Shown piece by piece: positions 48,337 to 59,961 of a stretch of 64,000 nucleotides of DNA. Below the pieces are notes generated by a model that was not told the origin of the DNA, ran no database searches, and saw nothing but the letters and a program-made list of their open reading frames with translations. Each line of letters begins with the position of its first letter. Position 1 is the first letter of the stretch. This DNA comes from Leucoraja ocellata (lineage: Eukaryota). The position numbers were made by a program, and so were the translations under genes. The stretch spans positions 1,302,001 through 1,366,000 of the forward strand of contig JAWMAR010000427.1 in the NCBI GenBank assembly GCA_036785375.1. Reading direction: 5' to 3'.

Positions 48337-49364
48337 CAAGTCAAGTCAAGTTTATTCGTCACATACACATACGAGATGTGCAGTGAAATGAAAAGTGGCA
48401 ATGCTTGCGGATTGTCCAAATAAAACTACAAAACAGAATGGGACAGAAACACATATTCACATATTACATATTTGTGGGAGGAAAAAAAGAAAAAAAGAAG
48501 GAATTTTAAAAAGACACCACACAACAGTAAAATGGTACAGTAAAGTTAGTCCCTGGTGACATAGGAGTTTATAGTCCTAATGACCTCTGGGAAGAAACTC
48601 CTTCTCATCCTCTCCGTTTTCACAGCATGGCAACGGAGGCGTTTGCCTGACCGTAGCAGCTGGAACAGTCCGTTGCTGGGGTGGAAGGGGTCTCCCATGA
48701 TCATGTTGTCTCTGGAGTTGCACCTTCTGATGTATAGTTCCTGCAGGGGGGCGAGTGTAGTTCCCATAGTGCGTTCGGCTGAACGCACTACTCTCTGCAG
48801 AGCCTTCTTGTCCTGGGCAGAGCAATTCCCAAACCAAATCGTGATGTGTCCGGACAAGATGCTTCCCACAGCCGCCGAGTAGAAGCACTGGAGGATGCTC
48901 AGAGACATTCTGAATTTCCTCAATTGCCTGAGGTGGTAAAGGCGCTGCCTTGCCTTACTCACCAGTGCTGCAGCGTGTGATGTCCATGTCAGATCCTCTG
49001 AGATGTTGACTCCCAGGTATTTAAAGCAGCTCACCCTATCCACAGTATCCCCATTTATCTTCAATGATCTGTACGTCCTCGGATGATGTGCCCTCCTAAA
49101 GTCCACGATCAGCTCCGTGTTTTTTTTGATATTCAAGAGGAGGCTGTTGTCCTGACACCAGAGTGCCAGATCAGCCACCTGGTCCCAGTAGGCCTTCTCA
49201 TCGTTATTGGAGATCAGGCTCACCACCACAGTGTCATCAGCAAACTTGATTATTGAGTTGGAGCTGAACCTAGCCACACAGTCATGTGTGTACAGGGAGT
49301 GCACTATGGGGCTGAGGACGCAACCTTGGGGGGATCCTGTGCTCAGGGTGAGGGACTTCGATGT
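48337..49364 (-). mobile_element. Rex1/Babar LINE, 5'-truncated, with RT C-terminal ORF
   Basis: GSPQGCVLSP...SLYTHDCVA...IIKFADDTVVV...FKYLGVNISEDLTW (252-aa ORF 48546-49304); (cttga)n tail. Confidence 0.93.
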
Positions 49365-49780
49365 ATGGTTGTATGTGTCTGTGCATGTGTATACGTGTGC
49401 ATGCGATGTGTGTGCGCGTGCGTATGTGTGTTTGAATGTGGGTGTAGTTATGTGTTTTAGTAAATGAGTAGTGAATAATGTATGATAAGCACAGGACTCA
49501 GCTAATCCTTATTTTGGATTGTTCCAGCTACATCCTCCTTTGTTCCATCCTTCCCAATTTGCATGCACATCACTGAGCCTCCCTCCACAGTAAGAATGAT
49601 TTCATCTGAAAGTCTCCACTTCACATCATCAGGTCGGAGACCACAGCAGTACAAGAAGAGGTAAGGCAGGGATAGGCATTACATAAAACCTGAAATGGGT
49701 GGAAAAGCTCACCAGGCAAGATAGAAGTACATTTATTATTTCTAGCAATGATTTTCCATCAGAGTATAAACAGGCTACTT

Positions 49781-50430
49781 ACAGGCTAAGTGCCCCTCCC
49801 CGGGCACTTTCCCTTGCGGCCGCAGGAGATGCAACACTTGTCCCTTTGCCTCCCCCCTCGACTCCGTTCAAGGACCCAAGCAGTCGTTCCAGGTGCGACA
49901 GAGGTTTACCTGCATCTCTTCCAACCTCATCTATTGCGTCCGCTGCTCTAGATGTCAGCAGATCTATATCGGTGAGACCAAGCGGAGGTTGGGCGATCGT
50001 TTCGCCGAACACCTCCGCTCGGTCCGCAATAACCAAGCTGACCTCCCGGTGGCTCAGCACTTCAACTCCCCCTCCCACTCCGCCTCCGACCTCTCTGTCC
50101 TGGGTCTCCTCCATGGCCACAGCGAGCAGCACCGGAAATTGGAGGAACAGCACCTCATATTCCGTTTGGGGAGTCTACACCCCCGGGGCATGAACATCGA
50201 ATTCTCCCAATTCTGTTAGTCCTTGCTGTCTCCTCCCCTTCCTCAGCTCCCCTACTATCTCCTCCCACCCTCCAGCCTTCTGGCTACTCCTCCTTTTCCC
50301 TTTCTTGTCCCGACCCACCCCCACCCCCGATCAGTCTGAAGAAGGGTTTCGGCCCGAAACGTTGCCTATTTCCTTCGCTCCATAGATGCTGCTGCACCCG
50401 CTGAGTTTCTCCAGCTTTTCTGTATAACCT
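49781..50430 (+). mobile_element. Penelope-like element 3' end with GIY-YIG endonuclease
   Basis: FTCISSNLIYCVRCSRCQQIYIGETKRRLGDRFAEH...VAQHFN...EQHLIFRLGSLHPRGMN; pyrimidine-rich UTR; terminal repeat. Confidence 0.93.
50331..50368 (+). ncRNA. Putative minimal type I hammerhead ribozyme in the Penelope terminus
   Basis: CUGAAGA (50336-50342), extra A, stem II GGGU-UUCG-GCCC, GAAA (50356-50359), palindromic AACGUU in place of stem III; stem I weak. Confidence 0.6.
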
Positions 50431-50780
50431 ACTTACTGGAAGTCTGTTCCTAGCTCCACAATTCCTCCTAATAGTTCTGGAATGTTTTATTTCTGTTTCA
50501 GATTTTTAGCATCCACAGCATGTGGGAATAAAGTGAGATTTATCAACAATACTCATGTGGTCAGGTCAGTCTGAGTAAAGGATCTCATAAAATAGTCAAC
50601 AGCCAGAGTAAATATCACTGACTGTGTGATGCCCTTTGTACACTGAGTGGATGATCCTGTATTTATTTATTACCACAACTCCAAGTGACGATAAACTCCT
50701 GAAAAAGAAATAGGATCATTGGTGACCTTTCTTGCAAGCTGTACAATAAGTGGTGCTCCTTTAATTAGTTATTGATCCAA

Positions 50781-51236
50781 TTATGAAGAAAGACTGGATA
50801 GACTTGGTTTATACTCTCTAGAATTTAGGAGATTGAGAGGGGATCTTATAGAAACTTACAAAATTCTTAAGGGGTTGGACAGGCTAGATGCAGGAAGATT
50901 GTTCCCGATGTTAGGGAAGTCCAGGACAAGGGGTCACAGCTTAAGGATAAGGGGGAAATCCTTTAAAACCGAGATGAGACGAACTTTTTTCACACACAGA
51001 GTGGTGAATCTCTGGAACTCTCTGCCACAGAGGGTAGTTGAGGCCAGTTCATTGGCTATATTTAAGAGGGAGTTAGATGTGGACCTTGTGGCTAAGGACA
51101 TCAGGGGGTATGGAGAGAAGGCAGGTACGGGATACTGAGTTGGATGATCAGCCATGATCATATTGAATGGCGGTGCAGGCTCGAAGGGCCGAATGGCCTA
51201 CTCCTGCGCCTAATTTCTATGTTTCTATGTTTCTAT
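50781..51236 (+). mobile_element. Young CR1 (HER1-type) LINE 3' end
   Basis: YEERLDRLGLYSLEFRRLRGDLIETYKILKGLDRLDAGRLFP...WNSLP; (gtttctat)n tail. Confidence 0.95.
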
Positions 51237-51419
51237 TTAAAGTCAACGCTGGTCACATCACAATTCCATCTGATATTGGGTTGCACACACTAAACTAGGT
51301 TTATTCTGCATATACATAATCAAGTGAAGAAAGTAACATATGGTGAAAGTTGATGGTGTGCTTATATTTAACCCTTCCAGTCCTGGAGAGAAAATGAAGT
51401 GTTCTTGGCAGTACCCTGA

Positions 51420-51680
51420 GACTGAGGATGACTTGCCAATGTGGGAACCACAGCCTCTGCCCCATGTGAGGCAGGAGGTGACTGATTGGAGGGGGAGGTT
51501 ACATGGCAGATGGTCTGCTCCTTCTGTCACTAATGCTCTAAGATACTGTTGTGCACAAGTCACAGAAAACGCATATGCAGGGCCTCTGTGTGCTCCCAGC
51601 ATCAACTTGAGATTCTCAAAACCATCCCGAATCCTCCTTCTCCACTTGAGGTGCGATGAGCCAGAGATTTCCAAGAGTAA
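51420..51680 (-). mobile_element. RTE LINE 3' end, decayed
   Basis: HLKWRRRIRDGFENL...CLTWGRGCGSHIG (degenerate terminal zinc finger). Confidence 0.7.
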
Positions 51681-51866
51681 AGGAGAATATTGCATTCAAG
51701 TTACAACTTGATAAAATTACAGCACAGGTTCATGCACATTAAATTATGGAAACAGCACGTTATTGATGGATTAAGGCAGTGCATGACCCAGAGCTCATCA
51801 GTTATGGAGACATAAAAGATATACAGCATGGAAGCAGACCTTCTAGCCCAACTCGTGCAATCTGAC

Positions 51867-52167
51867 CAATATGATCATGGCTGATCATCCAACTCAGTAT
51901 CCTGTACCTGCCTTCTCTCCATACCCCCTGATCCCTTTAGCCACAAGTGCCACATCTAACTCCCTCTTAAATATAGCCAATGAACTGGCCTCAACTATCT
52001 TCTGTGGCAGAGAATTCCAGAGATTCACCACTCTCTGTGTGAAAAATGCTTTTCTCATCTCTGTCCCAAAGGATTTCCCCTTTATCCTTAAACTGTGACC
52101 CCTTGTCCTGGACTTCCCCAACATCGGGAACAATCTTCCTGCATCTAGGCTGTCCGACCCCTTAAGA
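51867..52167 (-). mobile_element. Young CR1 LINE 3' fragment
   Basis: ORF 51894-52133 nearly identical to the C-terminal part of ORF 50833-51138. Confidence 0.93.
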
Positions 52168-53300
52168 CATAGAAGAGAATGAGAAACTGCCCAACTACTG
52201 ATCCCTGGGATGTTAGTCTAATAAATGACATCCATCATCACTCCCTGTTTAAAATAGTTTATATCCTTGCTTCTGTAGTTTTAGTGTGTAAATATATATT
52301 ATCTGGCATTTTGTCAATTATCTTTTGTACATGAAGCATAAAATGTACAAATCAGATTGGATCATCAAAGAACTCTCTGAACACGATTTATTTTCAATAA
52401 ATCTTTGCTGACATCAATTTACTCTTTTTCAGAGCTAATTAGTTTGCCTCCAGATCAATGTAGTTCACAGAGTTTCCCAGCACGATGGGGAATTTTCCAG
52501 CAACATTTTTAATCTTCCAGTACTCTGGCCCAGTTCCAAACCTGGCAGAAGATGAGAAGTTTTATACTCAGACCTCTGCAATTTCCACCTTCACTTCTAA
52601 CGGTAATCCAATGTGCAAGCCATCCAGGTTACCTTAAGTATTGTCAATCTTTGAAGTATATCTTAGCTTCATTACTTATTTACTCTTGTACTCTGTGAAA
52701 GACTATAGCTGCATTTTGTTTTTAGCAAAGCCAAGTGGAAATAGACCAGACTTCAGTTCACAAGAGACGTGTTTTCGTGAGGTTTGAAAGTTTTCTATCC
52801 CCAGTGATAAACAGCTGAAAAGTAAGACTGTGCTCATAGTTCCTGACCACTGCTTCTTCTGCTCCTTATTGACTCAGGCACATTTACTTGTTGAATTCAT
52901 GACTATTCCAATTGCACACTAGATGGGTGTTTGTTTTGGCTCTTTGGAATCGGTTAAACTATGAGAAGTTATTGTCTTAAAAAAATGCCAGTTGTGACTG
53001 TGAGAACATCCATTGCATGGTTTTTGCAATATTTTAATGAGCATATCTAGACTCGGAATACATCACTCAAAGGGGATAAATGCAGAGGGCGAATGTAGCA
53101 ATCAAAGGCCCGTTTCTCTGCCTTTGGTCTTCCGAGTGAAGAAGGAATTCGGCATTGTAGTTGTTTCCGCAATCTCAGACTTTGGCAAACCTCACAGACC
53201 TCAAAGTGTTTTCAGCGTAGGTACTGCTGTACTGTAGGTCATGCTGCTGTCAACTTGCACACTACAAGGTTCTAAAAGCAGGACGTTAACAGCTGCCTTA

Positions 53301-54528
53301 AGGGGTTGTCCCACTGCGGAGACCTAATCTGCGAATTTAGACAAGTTTGCCCTTGACTCAAACTCGCAGCATGATCGACACACGAGGTCCTAGTAGGTCC
53401 TATGAGGTCACTGGAACTCTCCTTCATGCTTAAGGGAAGTTCCCGAATACTCGTGGCCTCAGCTAGGTCGCGGAAAATTTTTGAGCATGTTGAAATATTT
53501 TCTGCGAGTAAAATTTGGTCGGGATGGTTCTTTTTGACTCGTAGTGCAGTGGAGTGGGGTCGCTATTTATTTACAGGCAGTCTAGGGCAGCCGTAGGCAA
53601 TCTCCTTCGCTGACCGGGCATCTTGATTGGCTCATTGGAGTTTTCAGGAACAGGACACACCGTTAGTTGGTAGGTTAAATGCCCACCAAACTTTATTGAA
53701 CGTTGTCTGACTTCTTAAATGTGTCTCCACTCCTCCCACCCTTCTCTCCCCTTCTCTCCCCTTCTCTCCCCTTCTCTCCCCTTCTCTCCCCTTCTCTCTC
53801 CCCCTCTCCGCCTTCTCTCCCCTTCTCTCCCCCCCCTCCGTGCTCTCTAAAGGACTTACCGTACACTGTGGCAGCCGTTTACCTTCCTCATCATCGCGGG
53901 TGTGAATTTCAGACAGTGCTCCCCCGCTTTCCCTGGCCCCCGCCTGTGCGATGTGTTTAGAAGATTGAGGGGGGATCTTATAGAAACTTACAAAATTCTT
54001 AAGGGGTTGGACAGGCTAGATGCAGGAAGATTGTTCCCCATGTTGGGGAAGTCCAGAACAAGGGGTCACAGTTTAGGGATAAAGGGGAAATCTTTTAGGA
54101 CCGAGATGAGAAAAACATTTTTCACACAGAGAGTGGTGAATCTCTGGAACTCTCTGCCACAGAAGGTAGTTGAGGCCAGTTCATTGGCTATATTTAAGGG
54201 GGAGTTAGATGTGGCCATGGTGGCTAAAGGAATCAGAGGGTATGGAGAGAAGGCAGGTACAGGATACTGAGTTGGATGATCAGCCATGATCATATTGAAT
54301 GGCGGTGCAGGCTCAAAGGGCCAAATGGCCTACACCTGCACCTATTTTCAATGTTTCTATGTTTCTATGTTTGTGTGTGTGTGTGCGCGCGGTCGGTCGA
54401 TCCAGCTCGCGGTTTCATCGCTGACGGTCGATCCAGCTTGAGGTTTTTCAGGCGAGTGCCCTCGAGCTTGATGGCCGAAGGCACTCTTCTTAACTCGAGG
54501 ATTAGGTCGCCCCAGTGGGACAGCCCCG
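53301..54528. mobile_element. PIF/Harbinger-type MITE with nested CR1
   Basis: TTA TSD (53298-53300, 54529-54531); TIR aggggttgtcccactg / cagtgggacagcccc; internal (ccttctctcc)n-type repeats. Confidence 0.9.
53956..54370 (+). mobile_element. Young CR1 LINE 3' end inserted in the MITE's (TG)n tract
   Basis: FRRLRGDLIETYKILKG...GEKAGTGY; (gtttctat)n tail. Confidence 0.95.
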
Positions 54529-55064
54529 TTAGTATGTTATTGCTTGGTCAAGACATTGGGCAGAACTCCCTATCTCTTGTGATGGTAAGGATTATAAGTA
54601 GCAGGTGATTATTGTAACTTTGAATGAGCCCCACGGAGATGGGAGCTGTCGATGTTTAAGGTCCTTATTCATTACAGTAAATGCACAGGAGGGACCAAAG
54701 TACATTGACCTTTTTATTTTTCCCATTATGTATAAAGATAACATCACATGACTGAATATAATTTTAGTTACAATTGAATAGTTCACTGAAATAGTTTGGG
54801 ACAAATAGTTCAATTGAATTAGATACAGCATTTACAAGGATCCGACTGCCGGTGTGGTGCCCTTGCCCTTGCTGATTGGCGAGATCAAATTGTTCTTTGC
54901 GTTTGCTGCTAAACAGTGTGGATTGTGATTTCTAAGATTTCTAAGCAAAAGTCTTTCTCAGCTGGTAAACTTTTACAGCTCTCTGTGTGTCCTGATAACT
55001 TTGGCATCTAAACCATGTGAACATCTCACAAAGTATCCATAGCTAAGCGATTGGAATGGCTGCG

Positions 55065-55340
55065 CTATAGCTCCAGTGACCCTGGTTCAATCCTGACCTC
55101 TGGAAATGGCACTTTCTCCCTGTTACCGTGTGGGTTTCTTTCAAATGTTCCAGTTTCCTTCCACATCCCAAAGACATGGCTTGGTAAGTTAAATTCTTAC
55201 TGTAACTAAAATACCTAGTTTGTAAGTGAGTGGTAGAATTTGAGGCAAGAGAAATAAATAAGATTAATGTGGATAAATGCTTGGTGGTTGGCACGTATTT
55301 GGTGGGCCAAAGGGAGTGCTTCTGTGCTGTTTGACTCTCT
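55065..55340 (+). mobile_element. HE1/V-SINE, decayed
   Basis: ggttcaatcctgacctc B-box; cttccacatcccaaagacatg. Confidence 0.7.
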
Positions 55341-55763
55341 GTCTCTACAAAACTGACAGGTGGTTTTGATAAGAGTCTATGTTTTGATGAAAAACCAAGA
55401 GAACAATATGGGGGAAACAGTCTTGAGGTTGCAGGTACACAATTAGTTTCTTGAAATTTGTTTTTATAAAGAATGGTGAGAAGTATAAATTCTAATACAT
55501 CATTAGCAGAGACCATTCAGCCATTTCTTCCTGAAATGACCTTCACATCCAGTTCATCTCCCTTTATCACGCCAGATCATCTCATAACCCTTCCCAATCC
55601 TTCCTCACTGCCTCCTCACTACCCACACCTTGATATTAGCCACAAATAACACAGTCAAAGATACATAATGAGCATCTAATTGCTACTAACTCATCAGGTC
55701 TCATCCTACTACAGATATTCCCTTTGTGCTATCCATACCTCACATCTTCTGTGCAACATAATA

Positions 55764-55870
55764 CAGTAAAACTCCGATAATCCGGTACACTTGGGACTCG
55801 GGTAATGCTTGACTTGCAAGTTTCCCAGATAATTTGATATTACCCCTATTAATAACCCATCACACTTTTA
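55764..55870. mobile_element. Tc1/mariner-pogo (Tigger-like) MITE end
   Basis: TA followed by CAGTAAAACTCCGATAATCCGG; partner TIR not found; similar decayed ends at ~23200 and ~36670. Confidence 0.45.
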
Positions 55871-56153
55871 AATAAATGTAGTGTAAATGGATGGTTGGTG
55901 TGGACTCAATGGGCCTGTTTCTGTGCTATATTACTCTGTGACCACTTCCACTGGTTACTCAAACCTTCAGGGTTAAACCCACAAAAAAGTATAGGTTCCT
56001 CTTTTGTCTCAGGCAAATCTTATTGAGAGAATATCAGGAGGAACAGAAATTTGCAACATTGGCTGAAACACCAATAAATCGACATTAATGTTCAGGATCA
56101 TTGAGCAAATGTTTCTGTGAATGAATAGGACTTCACTAATGGCACAGCACGTT

Positions 56154-56517
56154 GGCGGCATGGTGGCACAATGTAGATATGATGCCTTACAGCACCAGAG
56201 ACCCGGGTTCGATCCTGACTATGGGTGCTCTCTGTACAGAGTTGTAGGTTCTCCTCATGACCTGTAGCGGGTGTTCTCCAGGAGATCCGCTTCCCTCCCG
56301 TGCTCCAAAGATGTATAGGTTTGTTGGCTAATTGGCTTGGTAAAATTGTAAATAGTCCCTAGTTCGTTTAAGATAGTGTTACTGTGCAGTGCTCGCTGGA
56401 CGGCGTGGACCTGTTGGGCCGAAGGGCCTATTTCCGTATTGCTATTGAGCCGAAGGGCATATTTCCGTATCTTAAATTAAACTAAACTGAACTAAACTAA
56501 ACTAAACTAAACTAAAC
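56154..56517 (+). mobile_element. Full-length HE1/V-SINE
   Basis: A box tggcacaatg, B box gggttcgatcc, V-domain, CR1-derived tail (locally duplicated), (AAACT)n. Confidence 0.9.
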
Positions 56518-57067
56518 AATCAAAAGAACTGAGCTTGCCATCTATCCTGCATTGCTGGGTAGAGTGGTGGAAGCAGTTCATAGACACCATTTAAGAAGTG
56601 TCTGGATGAGCACTTGAATTGGCTTGGCATAGAAGGCTACCAACCAAGTGCTGAAGATGACGTTACTACATATGTGTGCACACTGGTTGGTGTGGATGTG
56701 GTGGCCTGAATGAATTGTTTCCTATGTTCTTTGACCCTGGGATTCTCTGGCTCTATAACCATTATAAAGACCTACTTTTATACTCAAGTATTCTAGTAAT
56801 TCCTCACTTGCCATGCTGAAGTTCATTCGAGGCAAAGAAACTATTCCATGTTAAATGAAAATTTAATTTTACAGAGACTGTAGAATTCATCAGGTTCTTG
56901 GGCTATTTCAAAGATGGCAGCATAAAAGTACCTTAGTGCTCCAGCACCTTAGTTCTTAAGGGAGAAAAACTTGCATCAGAGTGCTCTCTTAACTTCAGAC
57001 GGAATGCTTAACATCCAGTCAGACAGCAATTTCTCTACTGAAGCTGCCACTGAGACTATTTGAGTTT

Positions 57068-57325
57068 TCAGGTTCGACCCTGACCTCAGGTGCTGCTTGT
57101 ATGGAGTTATCATGTTCTCTTTGTGACTGCATGGGTTTCCCTCGGGTGCTCTGGTTTCCTCCCATGTCCCAAAGACTTACGGGCTGGTAGGTTAATTGGT
57201 CACTTTAAGTTACCCTAGTGTGTAGTTGGGTGGTAAAAATCTTGGGGGAGTTGAAGGGAAGATGGGGAGACCAGGTTTTTAGGAAATTAGTGGCGAATGG
57301 GTTTGCTTTGTGACGTGGCACAAGA
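57068..57325 (+). mobile_element. HE1/V-SINE, decayed
   Basis: ggttcgaccctgacctcaggtgctg...gtgactgcatgggtttccctcgggtgctctggtttcctccc. Confidence 0.75.
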
Positions 57326-57829
57326 CTCTATCGACTGTAACTTGAAGACAAAGTGTTTTAAAGTTTCATGCATTGTGACCATTTAATTCCAAGACATTTG
57401 TCAGGATGGCAACTCACTCTCGGGTAGGAATAAAGGGCCAAATGTTACGCGGTGACTTAATGCATCAATAAACTGCATGACAGCTAAACTCTGCCAATCC
57501 GAGAGTTATACTTATAATTGCAAAACCATTTGTTTAATTTACTGGTGACAATGAACATGGGTCAAACCATTTACTGATAATAAAATCAAATAAAGGCAGT
57601 GTGTCATTAGTAGTGGAGACACAAGAGACGAAGATGTTGGAATCTTGAGCAAAATTATGAAAAGCTGGTCAACGAGTCTGGCTGCATCTGTGGAGGGAAA
57701 TGGAGAGTTGACGTTTTGGGTCGGGACCCTTCTCCATTAGTTGTACCAGATTCCAGCCTGCATTAGGTTTCATAACACGTACATATATAGACATGCAAAA
57801 CATGTGTTGGGGCAATATAGACCAGGTCT

Positions 57830-58280
57830 TGTTCTCCCATCAAAAGCATCTGCATGAGGCGATGCCTCAAGAAGGTGGTATCTATCATTAACGATCCCCA
57901 ACATCCGGGCCATCCCCTCCTCTCACTGTTACCATCAGGTACAAGGTGCATAAACCTGACATCCCACAACACCAAGTTCTGGAACAGCAATTTTCCTCCA
58001 ACTATCAGGTTCTTGAATCATCCTAGACAACCCAAATCCTACCCGAACTGTGGTACAAAACAGCACTACCTCTTGCACCACAGACTCGATAATGTTCTAA
58101 TAGTTTTTTTTTTGTTTAATGCCATTTTGCACAGCTTTCTTTTAGAATTTTATATATTATTTATGCATAACTTATGTATAATTTTTTTCAGTGTGTTTGT
58201 TTGAGTCTATGTGCCTGTGATGCTGCTGTACTTGTACCTCACCATACTCATGCATATGACAATAAACCTGAACCTGAACT
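57830..58280 (+). mobile_element. Rex1/Babar LINE 3' end
   Basis: RCLKKVVSIINDPQHPGHPLLSLLPSG...FWNSNFPPTIRFLN; gacaataaa(cctgaa)n. Confidence 0.8.
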
Positions 58281-58679
58281 TGGTCTGTTTTGGTTGCTGT
58301 GTCGCACAGTTGTATCTGAGCCCTGGGGCTCTGACAAGGGACCAGATGCTCCCCTCTCCTCCTATTTCAGGGCCTGGTTCAGAGGTCTCAGGCTGAAGAA
58401 CTCTGGAGGTTAGGCTTTGGCTGGAGAAAAGTGAGAGGCTGGGCCATGGATCAAGGCCTTGTCTGCACTCATTGGAGATGCCTTGGTCTCTGCCATTCTT
58501 CTTGATGGTGGGAGAAGATGAATACAATACAATACAATACAATACGGTTTTATTCGTCACATTGCACATAAAGTGCAAGTGAAATGAATTTGTCAGCAGC
58601 GGTACAATGAGAAAGAACCCACAATAAACAATAAAAATTTAACACAAACATGTTTGGGGGGGGGGGGGGGGGGGGGATT

Positions 58680-59961
58680 GTTCTTTCTATGCATTCCATC
58701 CTTTCTGGCTCATCAGTCGGGTATTATGCAAAATACAACTAAACATCGTCAGCAGAATCTTAAGTAACCATTTCCGGACCTGGGACTAACGAACCGAACA
58801 ATGAACATATACAGCGGCTCACAGGCAGTCCACGAAGAAACTATATCGGGTCCACATCAGGAAATGGCAAATATTGTTCTAGGAACAACATCGCTACTAT
58901 ACGACGAACATAACTCTGTTCTGAAATTCCTGGCTAGCCTCCACTATGATGAGGGGCTCAGTTTAGTGCCACAAACTGCGCCAGAAGTGCCTTTTCAGTA
59001 TTCTGGGGCAAGGATCAGAGCGTCATTCTGTCAGGTCTCACCCCCTGGTGACTAAACTCATGAGGGGAATTTTTAATATTATCCCCAAGGACTAGTATTC
59101 CCTTATATGGTATATATAGTATAGTCCAACATTACTGAGGAATTGGTCACCAGCTACAGCTCTGTCCCTGCAGACTTGCACATGACATGGTCATGCTTAT
59201 AGCATTGGTCTCAACACACAGAATTCAGTCTTTACATAAATAAAGGCTGGATAGTAACACCTCTTCTATGAGTAAAATAACTTTTTACATCCACAAATGA
59301 GTTCAACAGAACAGACCGGGATCATCAGGCCTCATATAGAGTTCAGTGCATACCCAATAGATGATTGCCTATGCATTATGAGACATAGACATAGAGAACT
59401 CTAAACAGCACAGAGGCAATGAGATGTGACATTGCAGAATCAAAATTAAATCTGTATCATGATTACCCCATAAGACAGGGGCTATAATTGTTGTTAATAG
59501 TTCATCATGGAATTTCAATGTCGGATTGATGTTTGAATACGTTAACACTATTTCCTCCCTTAAGTCAATTAAGGCAGTTGTGAGGCATGGACTCGTTTCC
59601 ACGGCATGAAATCACAGAGCTTTGAAATCTTCACGTAGTCACTCACGTGACTCCGAAGTAAAATAGTAAGATTAAACAAGAACTTACCAAGTTTGAAGTT
59701 TGATCGTTATTTTATGAGGAGTAACGTTGAGGGATTACGTGCCCTCCGCTCCCACCCTCGATCATAAAGTTCAACTGGTATCCTTTTTTCTCTAATCTTA
59801 CCATGTTCAGGTCATTGCTGTTATCTGTGATTTCACACCGCTGCTTTGAAGAATGACACGCATGCGTCCTGGCGGGTTCTTCACGTAATCCCTCAACGTT
59901 ACTCCTCATAAAATAACGATCAAACTTCAAACTTGGTAAGTTCTCGTTTAATCTTACTATT
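58680..59961 (+). mobile_element. DIRS tyrosine-recombinase retrotransposon, decayed 3' part
   Basis: Frameshifted YR: AAHRQSTKKLYRVHIRKWQ...VLKFLASLHYDEGLS...CARSA...SHPLVTKLMRGIFN; MVMLIALVSTHRIQSLH (box I Arg); QNRPG...IEFSAYP...LC; terminal inverted repeat structure. Confidence 0.85.
59662..59961. repeat. 80-bp inverted repeat (DIRS internal complementary region versus right terminus)
   Basis: 59662-59741 is the reverse complement of 59882-59961 with one mismatch. Confidence 0.92.

Noticed and set aside
51340-51711. 123-aa plus-strand ORF
   Set aside because: Antisense to a decayed RTE LINE 3' end.
56154-56225. tRNA-like A/B boxes
   Set aside because: SINE head continuing into the V-domain and LINE-derived tail; no full cloverleaf.
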